This document shows positions 9,354-19,554 of a stretch of DNA of 42,346 nucleotides, piece after piece. Origin of the DNA: Candidatus Woesearchaeota archaeon (GTDB lineage: Archaea > Nanobdellota > Nanobdellia > SCGC-AAA011-G17 > PNOQ01); the NCBI GenBank assembly GCA_018663865.1, contig JABJPM010000017.1, forward strand, positions 1 to 42,346. The letters run 5' to 3'. Every line of letters starts with the position of its first letter. Positions within the stretch are counted from its first letter, which is position 1. A model generated the notes under the pieces. The model was not told the origin of the DNA, did no database searches, and saw only the letters and a list, made by a program, of their open reading frames with translations. A program made the position numbers and the translations under genes.

Positions 9354-9817
9354 TTACCTTCCTCCCCAAGAGTCAATCTTTCATCAAATTTTGAAAAATC
9401 GATGCAAATATAAATCTCCTGATTTTCAAAATTTGGATAATCAACGCAAGTAGATCTATGTCCAGTAAAACTAGAATCCCCTATAAAAAATTGACCATTA
9501 TAATCAACAACGTAGCACGCACCATAAATGGGATAAAATATATTTTTTGTTTCTTTGATTAAAAGATCTTTATTTCCAGTTAGTAACCAATCATTAACCA
9601 AATCTCCAATTATTTTATCATCTTCGACAAAAGAATTCAAATAAGATTCTAATACGAATATATTTTCATAAGAATAGATTGCATCATCTACTCCAATTTC
9701 ACTTTCGACATTATCCCCTCCAAATCCAATAAAAATTACCAGCAATATGGCCAATAATACTGCAATAAGAATAAAACTGAATGCATCACTAAGTGTTGTT
9801 TCGCCACGTTTATACAT
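9344..9817 (-). CDS. Pilin-like protein (class III signal peptide)
   Basis: KRG|ETTLSDAFSFILIAVLLAILLV. Confidence 0.7.
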   Translation of the reverse strand: MYKRGETTLSDAFSFILIAVLLAILLVIFIGFGGDNVESEIGVDDAIYSYENIFVLESYLNSFVEDDKIIGDLVNDWLLTGNKDLLIKETKNIFYPIYGACYVVDYNGQFFIGDSSFTGHRSTCVDYPNFENQEIYICIDFSKFDERLTLGEEGKCF

Positions 9818-10280
9818 TTGTAATCACCTTAAAATCCATAAACCCATTTTTCAAATCCCCATTCTCTGAAATTATGACCAATTTTCGAGTATCATAGCAA
9901 TCGTATTTAGCAGTCTTTAAGCCACAAACAATTTTTTGTGCAACCATCTCCTTATTTAATTCAACAATTCTAATTTCGCTCCCATTAAGATGGTATAAAT
10001 TCATCTGTACCCCATTAAAAGTATTGAAACAACTCTTTAATCGCCCCTCATTAAAATTATTTAAATTTAAAATTCCATTTTCTAAACCAATACAAGTTTC
10101 AGAATCCAATAATCGATAAACTATGGAGTGTTGCTCCAAATTAGACGTTTCAACATCTATCTTCACTCCGTGAGTAAAAACTAAAATGATAAATACTACT
10201 ACAAAAATTATCACAAATGCATAAAAAATCATTTTCAATTGCTCTTTCTCATAAACTTGTCCTTTTTTTCCAATATCCAT
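9810..10280 (-). CDS. Pilin-like protein (class III signal peptide)
   Basis: KKG|QVYEKEQLKMIFYAFVIIFVVVF. Confidence 0.7.
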   Translation of the reverse strand: MDIGKKGQVYEKEQLKMIFYAFVIIFVVVFIILVFTHGVKIDVETSNLEQHSIVYRLLDSETCIGLENGILNLNNFNEGRLKSCFNTFNGVQMNLYHLNGSEIRIVELNKEMVAQKIVCGLKTAKYDCYDTRKLVIISENGDLKNGFMDFKVITNV

Positions 10281-10672
10281 TATTCTTCAACTCCTATCGC
10301 AGAAAAACCATATCGGTCTTTTACTAAAAAAATAGAATTATATTTTTTTACATCGAGCGAATAAATCGGCGAGTTCGAATCTTTTGAACAATAATATTTT
10401 GATCCTGCTGTGCCACCGATACTGACAATATATTTACATTCATCTTTGAATCCAACATAATAATCCGCATCATTTAAAAAATATTCAATTGCATAATCCC
10501 CACTATCAAATCCAATCAATAAATCTGTAGCGAGTCCAAAATCATTAACAATTAATTTTTCATTAAATGCGTCACCATTGGAAGATTTTTCCATAACATA
10601 CAGCATTGGGAGAAAAACAACTATAACAATAATAACATACGTGGACCAAAAATATATTCTTTCCTCAGCCAT
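10280..10672 (-). CDS. Membrane-anchored hypothetical protein in the pilin cluster
   Basis: Single N-terminal TM helix; no clear basic-G/A cleavage motif. Confidence 0.65.
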   Translation of the reverse strand: MAEERIYFWSTYVIIVIVVFLPMLYVMEKSSNGDAFNEKLIVNDFGLATDLLIGFDSGDYAIEYFLNDADYYVGFKDECKYIVSIGGTAGSKYYCSKDSNSPIYSLDVKKYNSIFLVKDRYGFSAIGVEE

Positions 10673-10711
10673 ATAATAATTCTTTTGAAATAGGCATTTA
10701 TATTACTTTTC

Positions 10712-11200
10712 CTACACTTCATTCAGTATCAAAGTATTATTGATAATTTCAATACTTAAATCTACATATTCTCCTTGAGTTACAGTCACGATTTTGGAAG
10801 AATGAATAGTATTAATTTCATCAAATTCAAAAGTTGTTATTAATTCTGGGTTTTTGCAAGATTCTGGAGAATTATGCTCATCACATATCACTAAACAAGA
10901 TTTACCAAAACAGGCTGCAGGCCTTTCAAAAATACCTGATTTTTGGTTCTGCCCCATATCAAATGCAACCAAATAATGGCCATTACTCATGTAGAATAAA
11001 AAAGTAGAACTTTCACCATGTTGCATATTGTCTATAGTAGTCGACATAGCTGAAAGTGATTTTTCAGTTAATTGGGAAACATCAGGAAATAAAAATTCAA
11101 AAATTGAACTTCCGACATTAAATAAAAATAATAAAATAATTACTCCAAGTATTAACCCTACAACAGATTTTATACTCATATTTAATTGTGCCTTGCTCAT
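10712..11200 (-). CDS. Pilin-like protein (class III signal peptide)
   Basis: MSKA|QLNMSIKSVVGLILGVIILL. Confidence 0.72.
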   Translation of the reverse strand: MSKAQLNMSIKSVVGLILGVIILLFLFNVGSSIFEFLFPDVSQLTEKSLSAMSTTIDNMQHGESSTFLFYMSNGHYLVAFDMGQNQKSGIFERPAACFGKSCLVICDEHNSPESCKNPELITTFEFDEINTIHSSKIVTVTQGEYVDLSIEIINNTLILNEV

Positions 11201-11415
11201 TATGAAAATCCCGCCGTCAAATTTTTTGGAGTGCTATCTCTTGCAATACCCAAAAAATCGCCAACACTATCAAAAATTATACTAGATTGTCCACTAAATA
11301 TCATGAGAATTATTAATACTACAATAAGGATTATTAATAATTTTACTATATGTTCAATGGACATGCCTTGTCCACGGTTGTTATTCAAAAAAGAATAAAA
11401 AAAATTAAAATTCAT
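11200..11415 (-). CDS. Short pilin-like protein
   Basis: NRG|QGMSIEHIVKLLIILIVVLIIL. Confidence 0.75.
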   Translation of the reverse strand: MNFNFFYSFLNNNRGQGMSIEHIVKLLIILIVVLIILMIFSGQSSIIFDSVGDFLGIARDSTPKNLTAGFS

Positions 11416-11418
11416 TGT

Positions 11419-11763
11419 TTAACAAGATATTGATGAACACGAGACCTTTCCATTAGATACTAATTCAGCACATGTCATCTCTACAACATCCTCTCCGCCG
11501 CCAGAAATTTCAAAAACATTTGTACAGAATTGATTTCTTAAAGATTCATCGCCAACAGTATCGTACCTAGTACATAATCCATCACATTTCAAAATTGCTG
11601 CTTGAGCATCAATTGCTTGAGATTCCCAAATTTCATTCCACCAATCCATGAAATTTCCTGAGCCACCAGCTAATGCAACCACTAAAATAACTAAAACAAA
11701 AATTGCTAAGATCGTAATTATAATAGTATTGATAGAAAGTGTTTGACCTTTTTTATTATTCAT
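11419..11763 (-). CDS. Pilin-like protein (candidate major pilin)
   Basis: MNNKKG|QTLSINTIIITILAIFVLVILV; GAGGTGA SD before ATG 11763 and own TATA-like element upstream; six Cys. Confidence 0.8.
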   Translation of the reverse strand: MNNKKGQTLSINTIIITILAIFVLVILVVALAGGSGNFMDWWNEIWESQAIDAQAAILKCDGLCTRYDTVGDESLRNQFCTNVFEISGGGEDVVEMTCAELVSNGKVSCSSISC

Positions 11764-11816
11764 TATATTATCACCTCTAACCAATTATTATTGGATTATT
11801 TATTTAAATCTTTTGG

Positions 11817-12410
11817 TTAATCACAAATATTATTTGGGCCCTTTATAGAAAGAATTCCCTCACTAACAATGCAAATAGAATCAGAATTGGGTTTATAAAA
11901 AACATAATCTAAATTTACATTTTTCAATCCTTTATCAGAAGAAATTTTAACATTACTAGAAAAAAACAGAGTAATTCTGTCATCCTTAATATTTCCCGGA
12001 AATTCTAAGAAAACCCCATTTTTATCAAAGCAAGGAGTTACATCTCCAATCCATTTTTCTAAAAATTTTCCACCTTGATTATTAATAAAATTAAGGGACA
12101 TATCTCCCGCATCATCATAAAAATTCAAACTATAATCATTGGGAAATGAAAATCCCTCAACTTCACAAAAACAACTTTTCTTTGAACTATCCCTGCAATC
12201 ATATAAACTAGAAATCAATACATCTTCAACAAATTCCACTGAATCATCTTGGGTAGATTGTTCTTCCGCAGTTAAACTAACTTGAAATCCCAACATTTCC
12301 CGAATTTCGGAATATGCAGGCCCGGCCCATGCAAGGACCACTACAATCAAAATCAAAATCAGAATCGGTTTTACTATAGAATTTAAAACCATATCTCCGT
12401 TTTTATTCAT
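11817..12410 (-). CDS. Pilin-like protein (class III signal peptide-like)
   Basis: MNKNG|DMVLNSIVKPILILILIVVVL. Confidence 0.65.
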   Translation of the reverse strand: MNKNGDMVLNSIVKPILILILIVVVLAWAGPAYSEIREMLGFQVSLTAEEQSTQDDSVEFVEDVLISSLYDCRDSSKKSCFCEVEGFSFPNDYSLNFYDDAGDMSLNFINNQGGKFLEKWIGDVTPCFDKNGVFLEFPGNIKDDRITLFFSSNVKISSDKGLKNVNLDYVFYKPNSDSICIVSEGILSIKGPNNICD

Positions 12411-12568
12411 CCTCCGAACCTCACGACAGTTTTTAACTGTTTCAAAATATCTGAAACCCTATCATTTTGGTCCCCGATGATTAATAAAATTAAAATTAAT
12501 AAAATAATTAATAAAATCCAAACTCCCATTTTATCCCAAACAATTTCGGCTTTTTTACCGATTTTCAT
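12407..12568 (-). CDS. Minimal pilin-like protein, 53 aa
   Basis: Not in ORF track: MKIGKKA|EIVWDKMGVWILLIILLILILLIIGDQNDRVSDILKQLKTVVRFGG; overlaps both neighbours (ATGA coupling to the next gene). Confidence 0.78.
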   Translation of the reverse strand: MKIGKKAEIVWDKMGVWILLIILLILILLIIGDQNDRVSDILKQLKTVVRFGG

Positions 12569-13400
12569 TGCACCACTCCTTTATAGAATCTCCCGAACCA
12601 ATATTTAATCCAGCAATGTAATCCTCCTTCACTGTAGACATCATAAGAATAGAACTTCCCACTCCTATAGCCCCTCGAGCACATAATGATGCAACAAGAG
12701 ATGTAGCAATTCCTCCCGACCCATATATGGCCGCGCCGCATACCACAATACTTCCCACTCCAACCCCCAATTCAGTCCAAAATGCCGCATTATATCTTCT
12801 ATCCTTATCAATTAAAAATCCGACATATAGGGGTTCATCAGTACTAAAAACAGAAAAAGAATTTTGTAAATTATCTCCAATTTGGTTTGGCAAACCACCC
12901 CCATAAAAATACTCATAAAAAGTTATTTCTTCAGAAGATAGAGGAAGATTTTCAGTTTTTAAAAAATCATTAAACTCGCCCATTGACAATTCAGAATATT
13001 TATCTTTGACATCCTCATCAAAATCAATTCTGGAACAAACAAAACACCACTCGTCGCTACCCATGAAATCATTGTTATCCAAAAAATCTCGTTTTCCCTC
13101 TCCAAATTGATACCAACAATCATACATTTCATTAGTAATTTCCCCATAAATTTCATTCTTATCAGTAGATTTTATTTCAATCAAATTAGTTTCGCATACA
13201 ACATTATCTATTAATGTATTTCCAAGTATTTTGCTTCGTTCTTTCAACAACACACTATCTCTGCATGCTTCTCGATTCACACTATCCTCTCCGATCTGTA
13301 AAATAGTAGTTGTAGCAAAAAATAATATTCCTGCAACAATTATAACTGGAATAGCCACAACAATAACCCTCATCATTTCTCCTTTTTTATCAAGATACAA
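12555..13400 (-). CDS. Pilin-like protein with an additional C-terminal Gly/Ala-rich hydrophobic region
   Basis: Probable TTG start at 13400 after GAAGGTGG: DKKG|EMMRVIVVAIPVIIV; Cys motifs MYDCW and CFVCSRI. Confidence 0.7.
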   Translation of the reverse strand: MYLDKKGEMMRVIVVAIPVIIVAGILFFATTTILQIGEDSVNREACRDSVLLKERSKILGNTLIDNVVCETNLIEIKSTDKNEIYGEITNEMYDCWYQFGEGKRDFLDNNDFMGSDEWCFVCSRIDFDEDVKDKYSELSMGEFNDFLKTENLPLSSEEITFYEYFYGGGLPNQIGDNLQNSFSVFSTDEPLYVGFLIDKDRRYNAAFWTELGVGVGSIVVCGAAIYGSGGIATSLVASLCARGAIGVGSSILMMSTVKEDYIAGLNIGSGDSIKEWCNENR

Positions 13401-13512
13401 TTGAATCCACCTTCCCAGTAACAAACATATAGAATAAAAAGATAGATACCATTATTAAAACTAAAATGAAAATTTCCTTAAGATATTCATCCAAAACCCC
13501 TTTTTTATTCAT
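13390..13512 (-). CDS. Minimal pilin-like protein, 40 aa
   Basis: Not in ORF track: MNKKG|VLDEYLKEIFILVLIMVSIFLFYMFVTGKVDSIVS; TATA-like TTTATAA upstream. Confidence 0.72.
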   Translation of the reverse strand: MNKKGVLDEYLKEIFILVLIMVSIFLFYMFVTGKVDSIVS

Positions 13513-13543
13513 ACTTTTCATTTTAATTTATTACTTTATAAAT

Positions 13544-15688
13544 TTACCCGCCAACAGCCCCAAGGGTAGTCGCAGCAATCCTTCCGAAAATTAATACTGA
13601 AATTAAAGTAACAACTAAATAAATCATTGTCCCTTTAATGAGATTCTTTCCAACACTATTCTGTTCACTTAATTTATCTACCCCAAATTCTATGCTATTA
13701 GCCAAAACAGTCAAAATATAAATTATCTGAACAACATAAATTCCAACAACAACTTGAAACCAGTATCCTGGAATTGCATCCGCTTTATTGAATAATTCAG
13801 AAAACGTAGATAAGTCCATTCCACCACCTGCAGACAATGCAGAATTATCTTGCAATCCTGATAATCTATCACTTAATTTTGAAATTACTCCTACAATCAT
13901 GCTAGATATTCCTACAACAATTCCAGAAATTACCGGCGCCATAAAATTAATTTGACTCTTCATACTGGATATTATTTCAGACAATAAATCTTTCAATCGT
14001 TCATTAACACTATGGACATTGCTAACATAATTAGATATGCTCGTTAAAGATTGTGCAACAACAGTTGGGCCCTTCCTAGAACTCTCAATTAATACTTCCA
14101 TAGAACTCTCTACAAGAGGACTAGGATAATTTAATAACGCACCATTGTCTGGATTGAAAATCGCTTCCCTTAAGTCCATGCCAGCCTTTGTAAGATTTAA
14201 ATGGATCTTTTCAAAGAATTTTCCAGCAGGGGTGCCACTCATGGTTTTGGCAACATCTTGAAAAGCTAACTCTGAAGGAATACCATCTCCAATCCTTGTG
14301 CCAAGTTGGAATAATGCAGTAGAAAACTCCTTTTCTAATTTTTTAGTTTCATTTCGAATAAACATTGCTTTTTTAGTTTTGGATTTATAATATAGCCCAA
14401 TACTCAACGCAATTCCTAGTGGAATAAACATTCCAAGAATGAGTGCCCCTAAACCAAATGGACCAATACATCCTTTTTCATTACAATCAAAATCCAAAAA
14501 TGATTCTCCGACACCATCTGAATTTTTCCAGAATTCAAAATCATAAGCAGGATTTATTGCATTAACTATAAATGGTGAGATCCCTATTAAAAACAACAAA
14601 ACAAACAACATAACTGAAAAAGTGAATGCTCCTTTTTTTCTAGATAAATCTACATTCATTTCACCATAACTTCCAGGGCGCTTGGACAATATATTAACTC
14701 CAGAATTATATACAATTATTGGCAAAAGAACATTATAAACTGCAAATAAATAATACCACTTAACCCCTGGTATAAATGCCCCAATTAATGGGAAGATGAC
14801 CAAACCTAAGATTGGCAATATTACCCCTAGCATATGTAGCATAGTTATAGGATTTTTTAAATCCTGAGCATAATGCAACATTCTTTCATAAGTTCCATCC
14901 AAAATAACTTTCAAAGATTTATCAAGCAATTCCAATCTTCGGTCTTCACTTGGTTCATACAAACTACTTTCAACTAAATGAAAAGAATTAACAAACTCTA
15001 GATTATATTCTCTCCACTTTCCAAGATAATTTTCCAAAGAATCTTTCAGAGTTGAATACTTTCCAGTCTCAATATCCCAAAATACTTTTTTCAAATCTAA
15101 CGAAAGAGGATCAGAAATATGGTCTGCCGCAAATTTGATCGCGTTTTCCAGATTTGAAGTATGCCTCATATAAATAACAATATATAACAAACATAAAACC
15201 ATCTGATTGCCTGCTGCCAATCTCCACTTATCTGCCAATCGAAGTGGATATCTAGTAATTGGACCAATTATTACAACAGAAATTAAAATAAATACCATTG
15301 ATAATAATAAAAGACCCATCTGGCCTGTTGCAAAATAAGATACTGCTCCAACAATTAAACTAAGAATTACTAATATGGATGCAAAAACCATTGCAAAACT
15401 AGCTGCACCCACTGGAGTCATATTTAAATGTGCAATGGCAATGCTTTCCTCAATTTTTTTAATATCCTTTTCAGAAGGATTTACTTTAATTATATCTTCA
15501 GAAAAATTACAAAATTTTTCATAAGTAGTATTTGTTTTTCCGAGTGCTTCTTTTCTAAAAGCCAAATATTGTTTAGAAAATTTTGGATCAGGAGAATAAC
15601 TTCCAACACCTTCCAAATTAACATTTTTATCTAATTTGGTTTTATATTTATCCAATACTTCATCAATTTCTTTATTTGAAATCGGCAT
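13544..15688 (-). CDS. Type II/IV secretion platform membrane protein (TadC/ArlJ-like, two T2SSF-like halves)
   Basis: Multi-TM protein with two cytoplasmic repeats (SNLENAIKFAA; GIPSELAFQDVA), directly downstream of the ATPase. Confidence 0.85.
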   Translation of the reverse strand: MPISNKEIDEVLDKYKTKLDKNVNLEGVGSYSPDPKFSKQYLAFRKEALGKTNTTYEKFCNFSEDIIKVNPSEKDIKKIEESIAIAHLNMTPVGAASFAMVFASILVILSLIVGAVSYFATGQMGLLLLSMVFILISVVIIGPITRYPLRLADKWRLAAGNQMVLCLLYIVIYMRHTSNLENAIKFAADHISDPLSLDLKKVFWDIETGKYSTLKDSLENYLGKWREYNLEFVNSFHLVESSLYEPSEDRRLELLDKSLKVILDGTYERMLHYAQDLKNPITMLHMLGVILPILGLVIFPLIGAFIPGVKWYYLFAVYNVLLPIIVYNSGVNILSKRPGSYGEMNVDLSRKKGAFTFSVMLFVLLFLIGISPFIVNAINPAYDFEFWKNSDGVGESFLDFDCNEKGCIGPFGLGALILGMFIPLGIALSIGLYYKSKTKKAMFIRNETKKLEKEFSTALFQLGTRIGDGIPSELAFQDVAKTMSGTPAGKFFEKIHLNLTKAGMDLREAIFNPDNGALLNYPSPLVESSMEVLIESSRKGPTVVAQSLTSISNYVSNVHSVNERLKDLLSEIISSMKSQINFMAPVISGIVVGISSMIVGVISKLSDRLSGLQDNSALSAGGGMDLSTFSELFNKADAIPGYWFQVVVGIYVVQIIYILTVLANSIEFGVDKLSEQNSVGKNLIKGTMIYLVVTLISVLIFGRIAATTLGAVGG

Positions 15689-17966
15689 TATTCACCTCTG
15701 TTTCCAACCATTCTTTCCACCTAAATAAGATTCTTTTGGTATTAAGTTCACCGTATTTTGTTAAAACAGAATCGGAAATTTTATGAAACTGATCATTGGC
15801 CGCAATAACAAATGGAGCCTCCAAAATAGACGCTCTTTTTGTTTTATGATAACTCTTTAATAATTCCTCTTTTATAGTTTTCCTAAGTATGATGTTTTCC
15901 CATACTGCATCCCAATCTCCTGCCCACTCTTTAACATTACCTGCAATTTGTTTTATGATTTCAGAATCCCCATTTAGTAAACTATCCGTGGGTTCCAATT
16001 CATCTGTTTCGGGATTATAAAGCATAAGATCTACAAATCCCCCTTCTTTTTGAGGATCATCATCCCATTCTTTTCTTACTTCAGTAATACTCAAAACTCT
16101 CCTCAATTTTTTTAAACCATCTGGAGATTTGATGGGGTTAGAAACCACAATTATATCTGTTGCTTTAAAACTTGTTCGTGGAACTCCCAAATCATTTACA
16201 ACCCTGTCAAAGATAGAATACGGGCTACCACCATGAATCGTTCCTGCAACAACATTCGCCAATGCGCCAACCCTCATGGCCTCATAAAGTGCTAATGCCT
16301 CTTTACTTCTTACTTCACCAACAATTAAACTACTATCTCCCAATCTTAAACTTGTTCTAATTCCTTCTTCCGCAGATAATTCCGTTCCGCCTTCCATTAA
16401 TGCGGAACGCACTTTCAGAGGCTGTATATTATATCCTAATTTTCTTAATGAACCTACTGGCAACTCCAAAGTATCTTCCACAGTAATTACTCTTGCCTTT
16501 CGCATAATCTCCACCATTGCAGCCCCCAATAATGAAGTTTTACCGCTACTCCGGGTTCCAGCGAATAACATTGTTCTTCCACCATCTATAAAAAAACTAA
16601 GTAATGCGGCCCCCATTGAATTTATCATTTTTTTGTCCATAAATAATGGGAATGTCCATGGATTGTCCCTATGCCTCCTAAAAGCATATCCTAATCCAAC
16701 CGGATTCAGGGGGGAAGTAATTATTGCCACTCTCGCCCGTGCGCCCGGAATAATTAATTCAGTATCTAAAACTGGATTTGCCTCATCGAGTGGCCTTCCG
16801 GAAATTAATCTAAATTTTGTAGCCCATCCCTCTCCATCCCTTTTACTAGGAATGATATTTGTCGAACAATCACCATAATCTTGATGAACTATATAGATTG
16901 GGCTTTCACCAATCGGACCATTAACTACAATATCCTGTATTTTTTCATCTGCCAAGATTATTTCCAGCAACCCAAATCCAACAGTATATCTTACCAAAAT
17001 TTTAGCTAATTTTTCAACTGTAGAATATTCAAGATCAATTCCTTTTCTTTGTGCCAACTCCCCAATAAGGTCCCTCCCAATATTAAAAAAGGTCTCCCTC
17101 GTCCTTTCAGGATTGGTAAATTCTTCAGCAACAGGTTCGTGTTCAGCTAAAACCGTTCGAGCAAGATCCAATAATTCTAGATAATCTTCACTCAAATTGA
17201 ACTCGGGTGGCGTCAAATGATACCTTGGTTTAATATCATCATCCAAATCAAAAATCATAACTGATGCATCATCATTCAAAAGATAGCTATCTATTTCTCC
17301 TGCATTCATCGGCGGTTCAGCCATCATCCGTGTGTGCATAAAATTTGGCGAAATTAGAGGTTTGAAATAATTTGAGTAAATTTTTCTATCCCCTATAACA
17401 AATCCATCTAATTCATCTTTTGTAAGAGAAATTAATTTTGTTTTTTCAATTAAATCAAACATTTCTTGTAATGTTTTCAAATAAGTATCTTCTTGGGTTT
17501 TTTCAAAATCAGATTCGATTTTGGTTAATTTAATCTTTTGTTCTCGAATCAATCTTTTTAATTCAACATATGCACCAATAGGATCGGACCTAATTAAATT
17601 CGTAACAATATATTGTAGTTCCCCAAACCTATTAGAAACAGAATTTGAATATCCCGGATCCATCCCTGTAGAGTATAAACTAATAACTTTTTTTTGTTTT
17701 GTTAAATAAACATAAATATTTGCAATTTCCCTCAACATTTTAGTTTGTTCTACATCATATAAATAATTCTTGTCTGCAGAAAGAACTAATCTAGAAATAT
17801 TTGGACTTTCAACAATCCTATCAATTATAGATGCCATACATAATTTATTATTTTCAATTGAAGGCGGATACGACAATCCAATGAAATTCACTTTCATAAT
17901 ATGGTCATCGCCCTCTTGTACGATTTCATATTCCCCGGGTTTCAATTTTTTTCTAGAAATTGACAT
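15672..17966 (-). CDS. Type II/IV secretion ATPase (TadA/ArlI/VirB11-like) with N-terminal extension
   Basis: Walker A GTRSSGKTS, ITVEDTLEL, SLRLGDSSLIVGEVR, GTIHG; start 17966 (GGTGA SD) or 17990. Confidence 0.95.
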   Translation of the reverse strand: MSISRKKLKPGEYEIVQEGDDHIMKVNFIGLSYPPSIENNKLCMASIIDRIVESPNISRLVLSADKNYLYDVEQTKMLREIANIYVYLTKQKKVISLYSTGMDPGYSNSVSNRFGELQYIVTNLIRSDPIGAYVELKRLIREQKIKLTKIESDFEKTQEDTYLKTLQEMFDLIEKTKLISLTKDELDGFVIGDRKIYSNYFKPLISPNFMHTRMMAEPPMNAGEIDSYLLNDDASVMIFDLDDDIKPRYHLTPPEFNLSEDYLELLDLARTVLAEHEPVAEEFTNPERTRETFFNIGRDLIGELAQRKGIDLEYSTVEKLAKILVRYTVGFGLLEIILADEKIQDIVVNGPIGESPIYIVHQDYGDCSTNIIPSKRDGEGWATKFRLISGRPLDEANPVLDTELIIPGARARVAIITSPLNPVGLGYAFRRHRDNPWTFPLFMDKKMINSMGAALLSFFIDGGRTMLFAGTRSSGKTSLLGAAMVEIMRKARVITVEDTLELPVGSLRKLGYNIQPLKVRSALMEGGTELSAEEGIRTSLRLGDSSLIVGEVRSKEALALYEAMRVGALANVVAGTIHGGSPYSIFDRVVNDLGVPRTSFKATDIIVVSNPIKSPDGLKKLRRVLSITEVRKEWDDDPQKEGGFVDLMLYNPETDELEPTDSLLNGDSEIIKQIAGNVKEWAGDWDAVWENIILRKTIKEELLKSYHKTKRASILEAPFVIAANDQFHKISDSVLTKYGELNTKRILFRWKEWLETEVNNADFK

Positions 17967-18052
17967 ATCACCACTCCCCTTTGACAACATAACTTTTAAT
18001 ATACATCTATGTAAATAAATACATAGTATTATTAAATACTTTTCGATTTAAA

Positions 18053-18439
18053 ATGACACAACCAATCCCTGTACAACCAAATTATGTAAATCCGAATGAA
18101 TTGAATACGAGAATCAGAATTTTAGAAGGGAAATATAATTTAACAAGAGAGCGAATGTTATTAATAAATCAGAATATGGTTGACCATTATAAAACATTAA
18201 ACGATGAAATACGAATAATAAAAAAAGATTTAAAAGAAATAAAGGAGACCATGGAGACAATAAAAGATACAAATAGAAACATGATTAAAGAAATGTCTTT
18301 TTTTGCCAGAAAAGAACAACTAAAAGTTTTAGAAAAATATATTAACATGTGGAATCCATTGAACTTTGTAACAAAAGAAGAAGTATTAGAATTAATAAAT
18401 AAAAAAGGTGATAAACATGATTCCAGAAAGAAAAAATGA
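18053..18439 (+). CDS. Coiled-coil hypothetical protein
   Basis: Heptad pattern; C-terminal KVLEKYINMWNPLNFVT. Confidence 0.75.
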   Translation: MTQPIPVQPNYVNPNELNTRIRILEGKYNLTRERMLLINQNMVDHYKTLNDEIRIIKKDLKEIKETMETIKDTNRNMIKEMSFFARKEQLKVLEKYINMWNPLNFVTKEEVLELINKKGDKHDSRKKK

Positions 18440-19049
18440 TGCTACAAAAAGGGTCCTTGATTTACAAAAAAATGGTATGCAAGGAAAAGACATTGAGAAT
18501 ACTATGCAACAAGAAAAATTTAATTCTGGCGATATTTCAGCAGGAATAGATCAGGCGGCAGTAAAAAATGAAATTGCCCCGGTAAGAGAACCCTTAAATT
18601 TAGATAGTGTTCCCTCTCCCCAGAATGCTCCTTTAGAGACTGCACAACCTCCTGCAATTCCACAACAAACTGCGCCAGGAATACCTAGCACCACGTCTTT
18701 TGCACCAGAACCAGTAGGAAGGGCAAATTATGAAGCAATCGAGGAAATCGCAGAATCGGTAATTTCGGAAAAATGGGAAGAAATGATTTCTAACATTGGA
18801 GATTTAAGATTATGGAAAGAAAAAGTAGAGACTGATCTTTCTGGAGTAAAACAAGAAATTTTAAGAATTGAATCAAGATTCGAAAATTTACAAAAAGCAG
18901 TTTTGGGTAAAGTTGGAGAGTATAGTGAAGGCGTTACAAATCTAACTACTGAAATGAAGGCAATGGAAAAAGTTTTTGAAAAGATTTTAGAACCATTGAC
19001 TAGAAATGTGAAAGAACTTGATGAGATCACTAAAAAAATGAAAAAATAA
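18417..19049 (+). CDS. Coiled-coil hypothetical protein with Pro-rich linker
   Basis: AGGTGA SD before ATG 18417; PxP-rich middle; long C-terminal coiled coil. Confidence 0.78.
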   Translation: MIPERKNDATKRVLDLQKNGMQGKDIENTMQQEKFNSGDISAGIDQAAVKNEIAPVREPLNLDSVPSPQNAPLETAQPPAIPQQTAPGIPSTTSFAPEPVGRANYEAIEEIAESVISEKWEEMISNIGDLRLWKEKVETDLSGVKQEILRIESRFENLQKAVLGKVGEYSEGVTNLTTEMKAMEKVFEKILEPLTRNVKELDEITKKMKK

Positions 19050-19056
19050 TTTTTTT

Positions 19057-19551
19057 TTATTCTCTTAATTTATTTATTAAAATTGTAGCCAATAAAAATA
19101 TAAATACTACTCCAAAAACTTTTGGATGAAAAATAGTTCTTAATGTTTCCCAGCCAGGATCTGCCCCTGCAGAATATGGATTAAAAACAGGCCCAAATGT
19201 AGATGAAATTACAATCATTAAAACTATTACTGAAACATAAAGCAAAATACTTTTTCCAATTGGCATTTCCGTTATTTCTCCAACATTGCCAGTAGAGATC
19301 ATTAGTGTCATCATAACAACTGCAACGGTTATCAAAACATACCAAACACTCAATGTACCAACAAAACTCGCAGCATTCTCAGATATTAAAGTTAATAGTG
19401 CCACAATTAATGCAGCAATAAAATCTAATTTTTGCACCCCTCCAAGAATTTTACTCTTTTGTAAAAGGGCATAAATAATAACAAAAATTAAAATAAAAAC
19501 TAAAACCGGAGCAAGATATTGTATTAACCCTGCATCCCATAATGTGGCCAT
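19057..19551 (-). CDS. Multi-pass membrane protein (paralogue 3 of 3)
   Basis: GLIQYLAPVLVFILIFVIIYALLQKSKILG motif. Confidence 0.8.
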   Translation of the reverse strand: MATLWDAGLIQYLAPVLVFILIFVIIYALLQKSKILGGVQKLDFIAALIVALLTLISENAASFVGTLSVWYVLITVAVVMMTLMISTGNVGEITEMPIGKSILLYVSVIVLMIVISSTFGPVFNPYSAGADPGWETLRTIFHPKVFGVVFIFLLATILINKLRE

Positions 19552-19554
19552 TTA

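Noticed and set aside
13544-17990. Archaellum operon
   Set aside because: No archaellin, ArlH, ArlF/G or chemotaxis genes; pilus-type organisation fits better.
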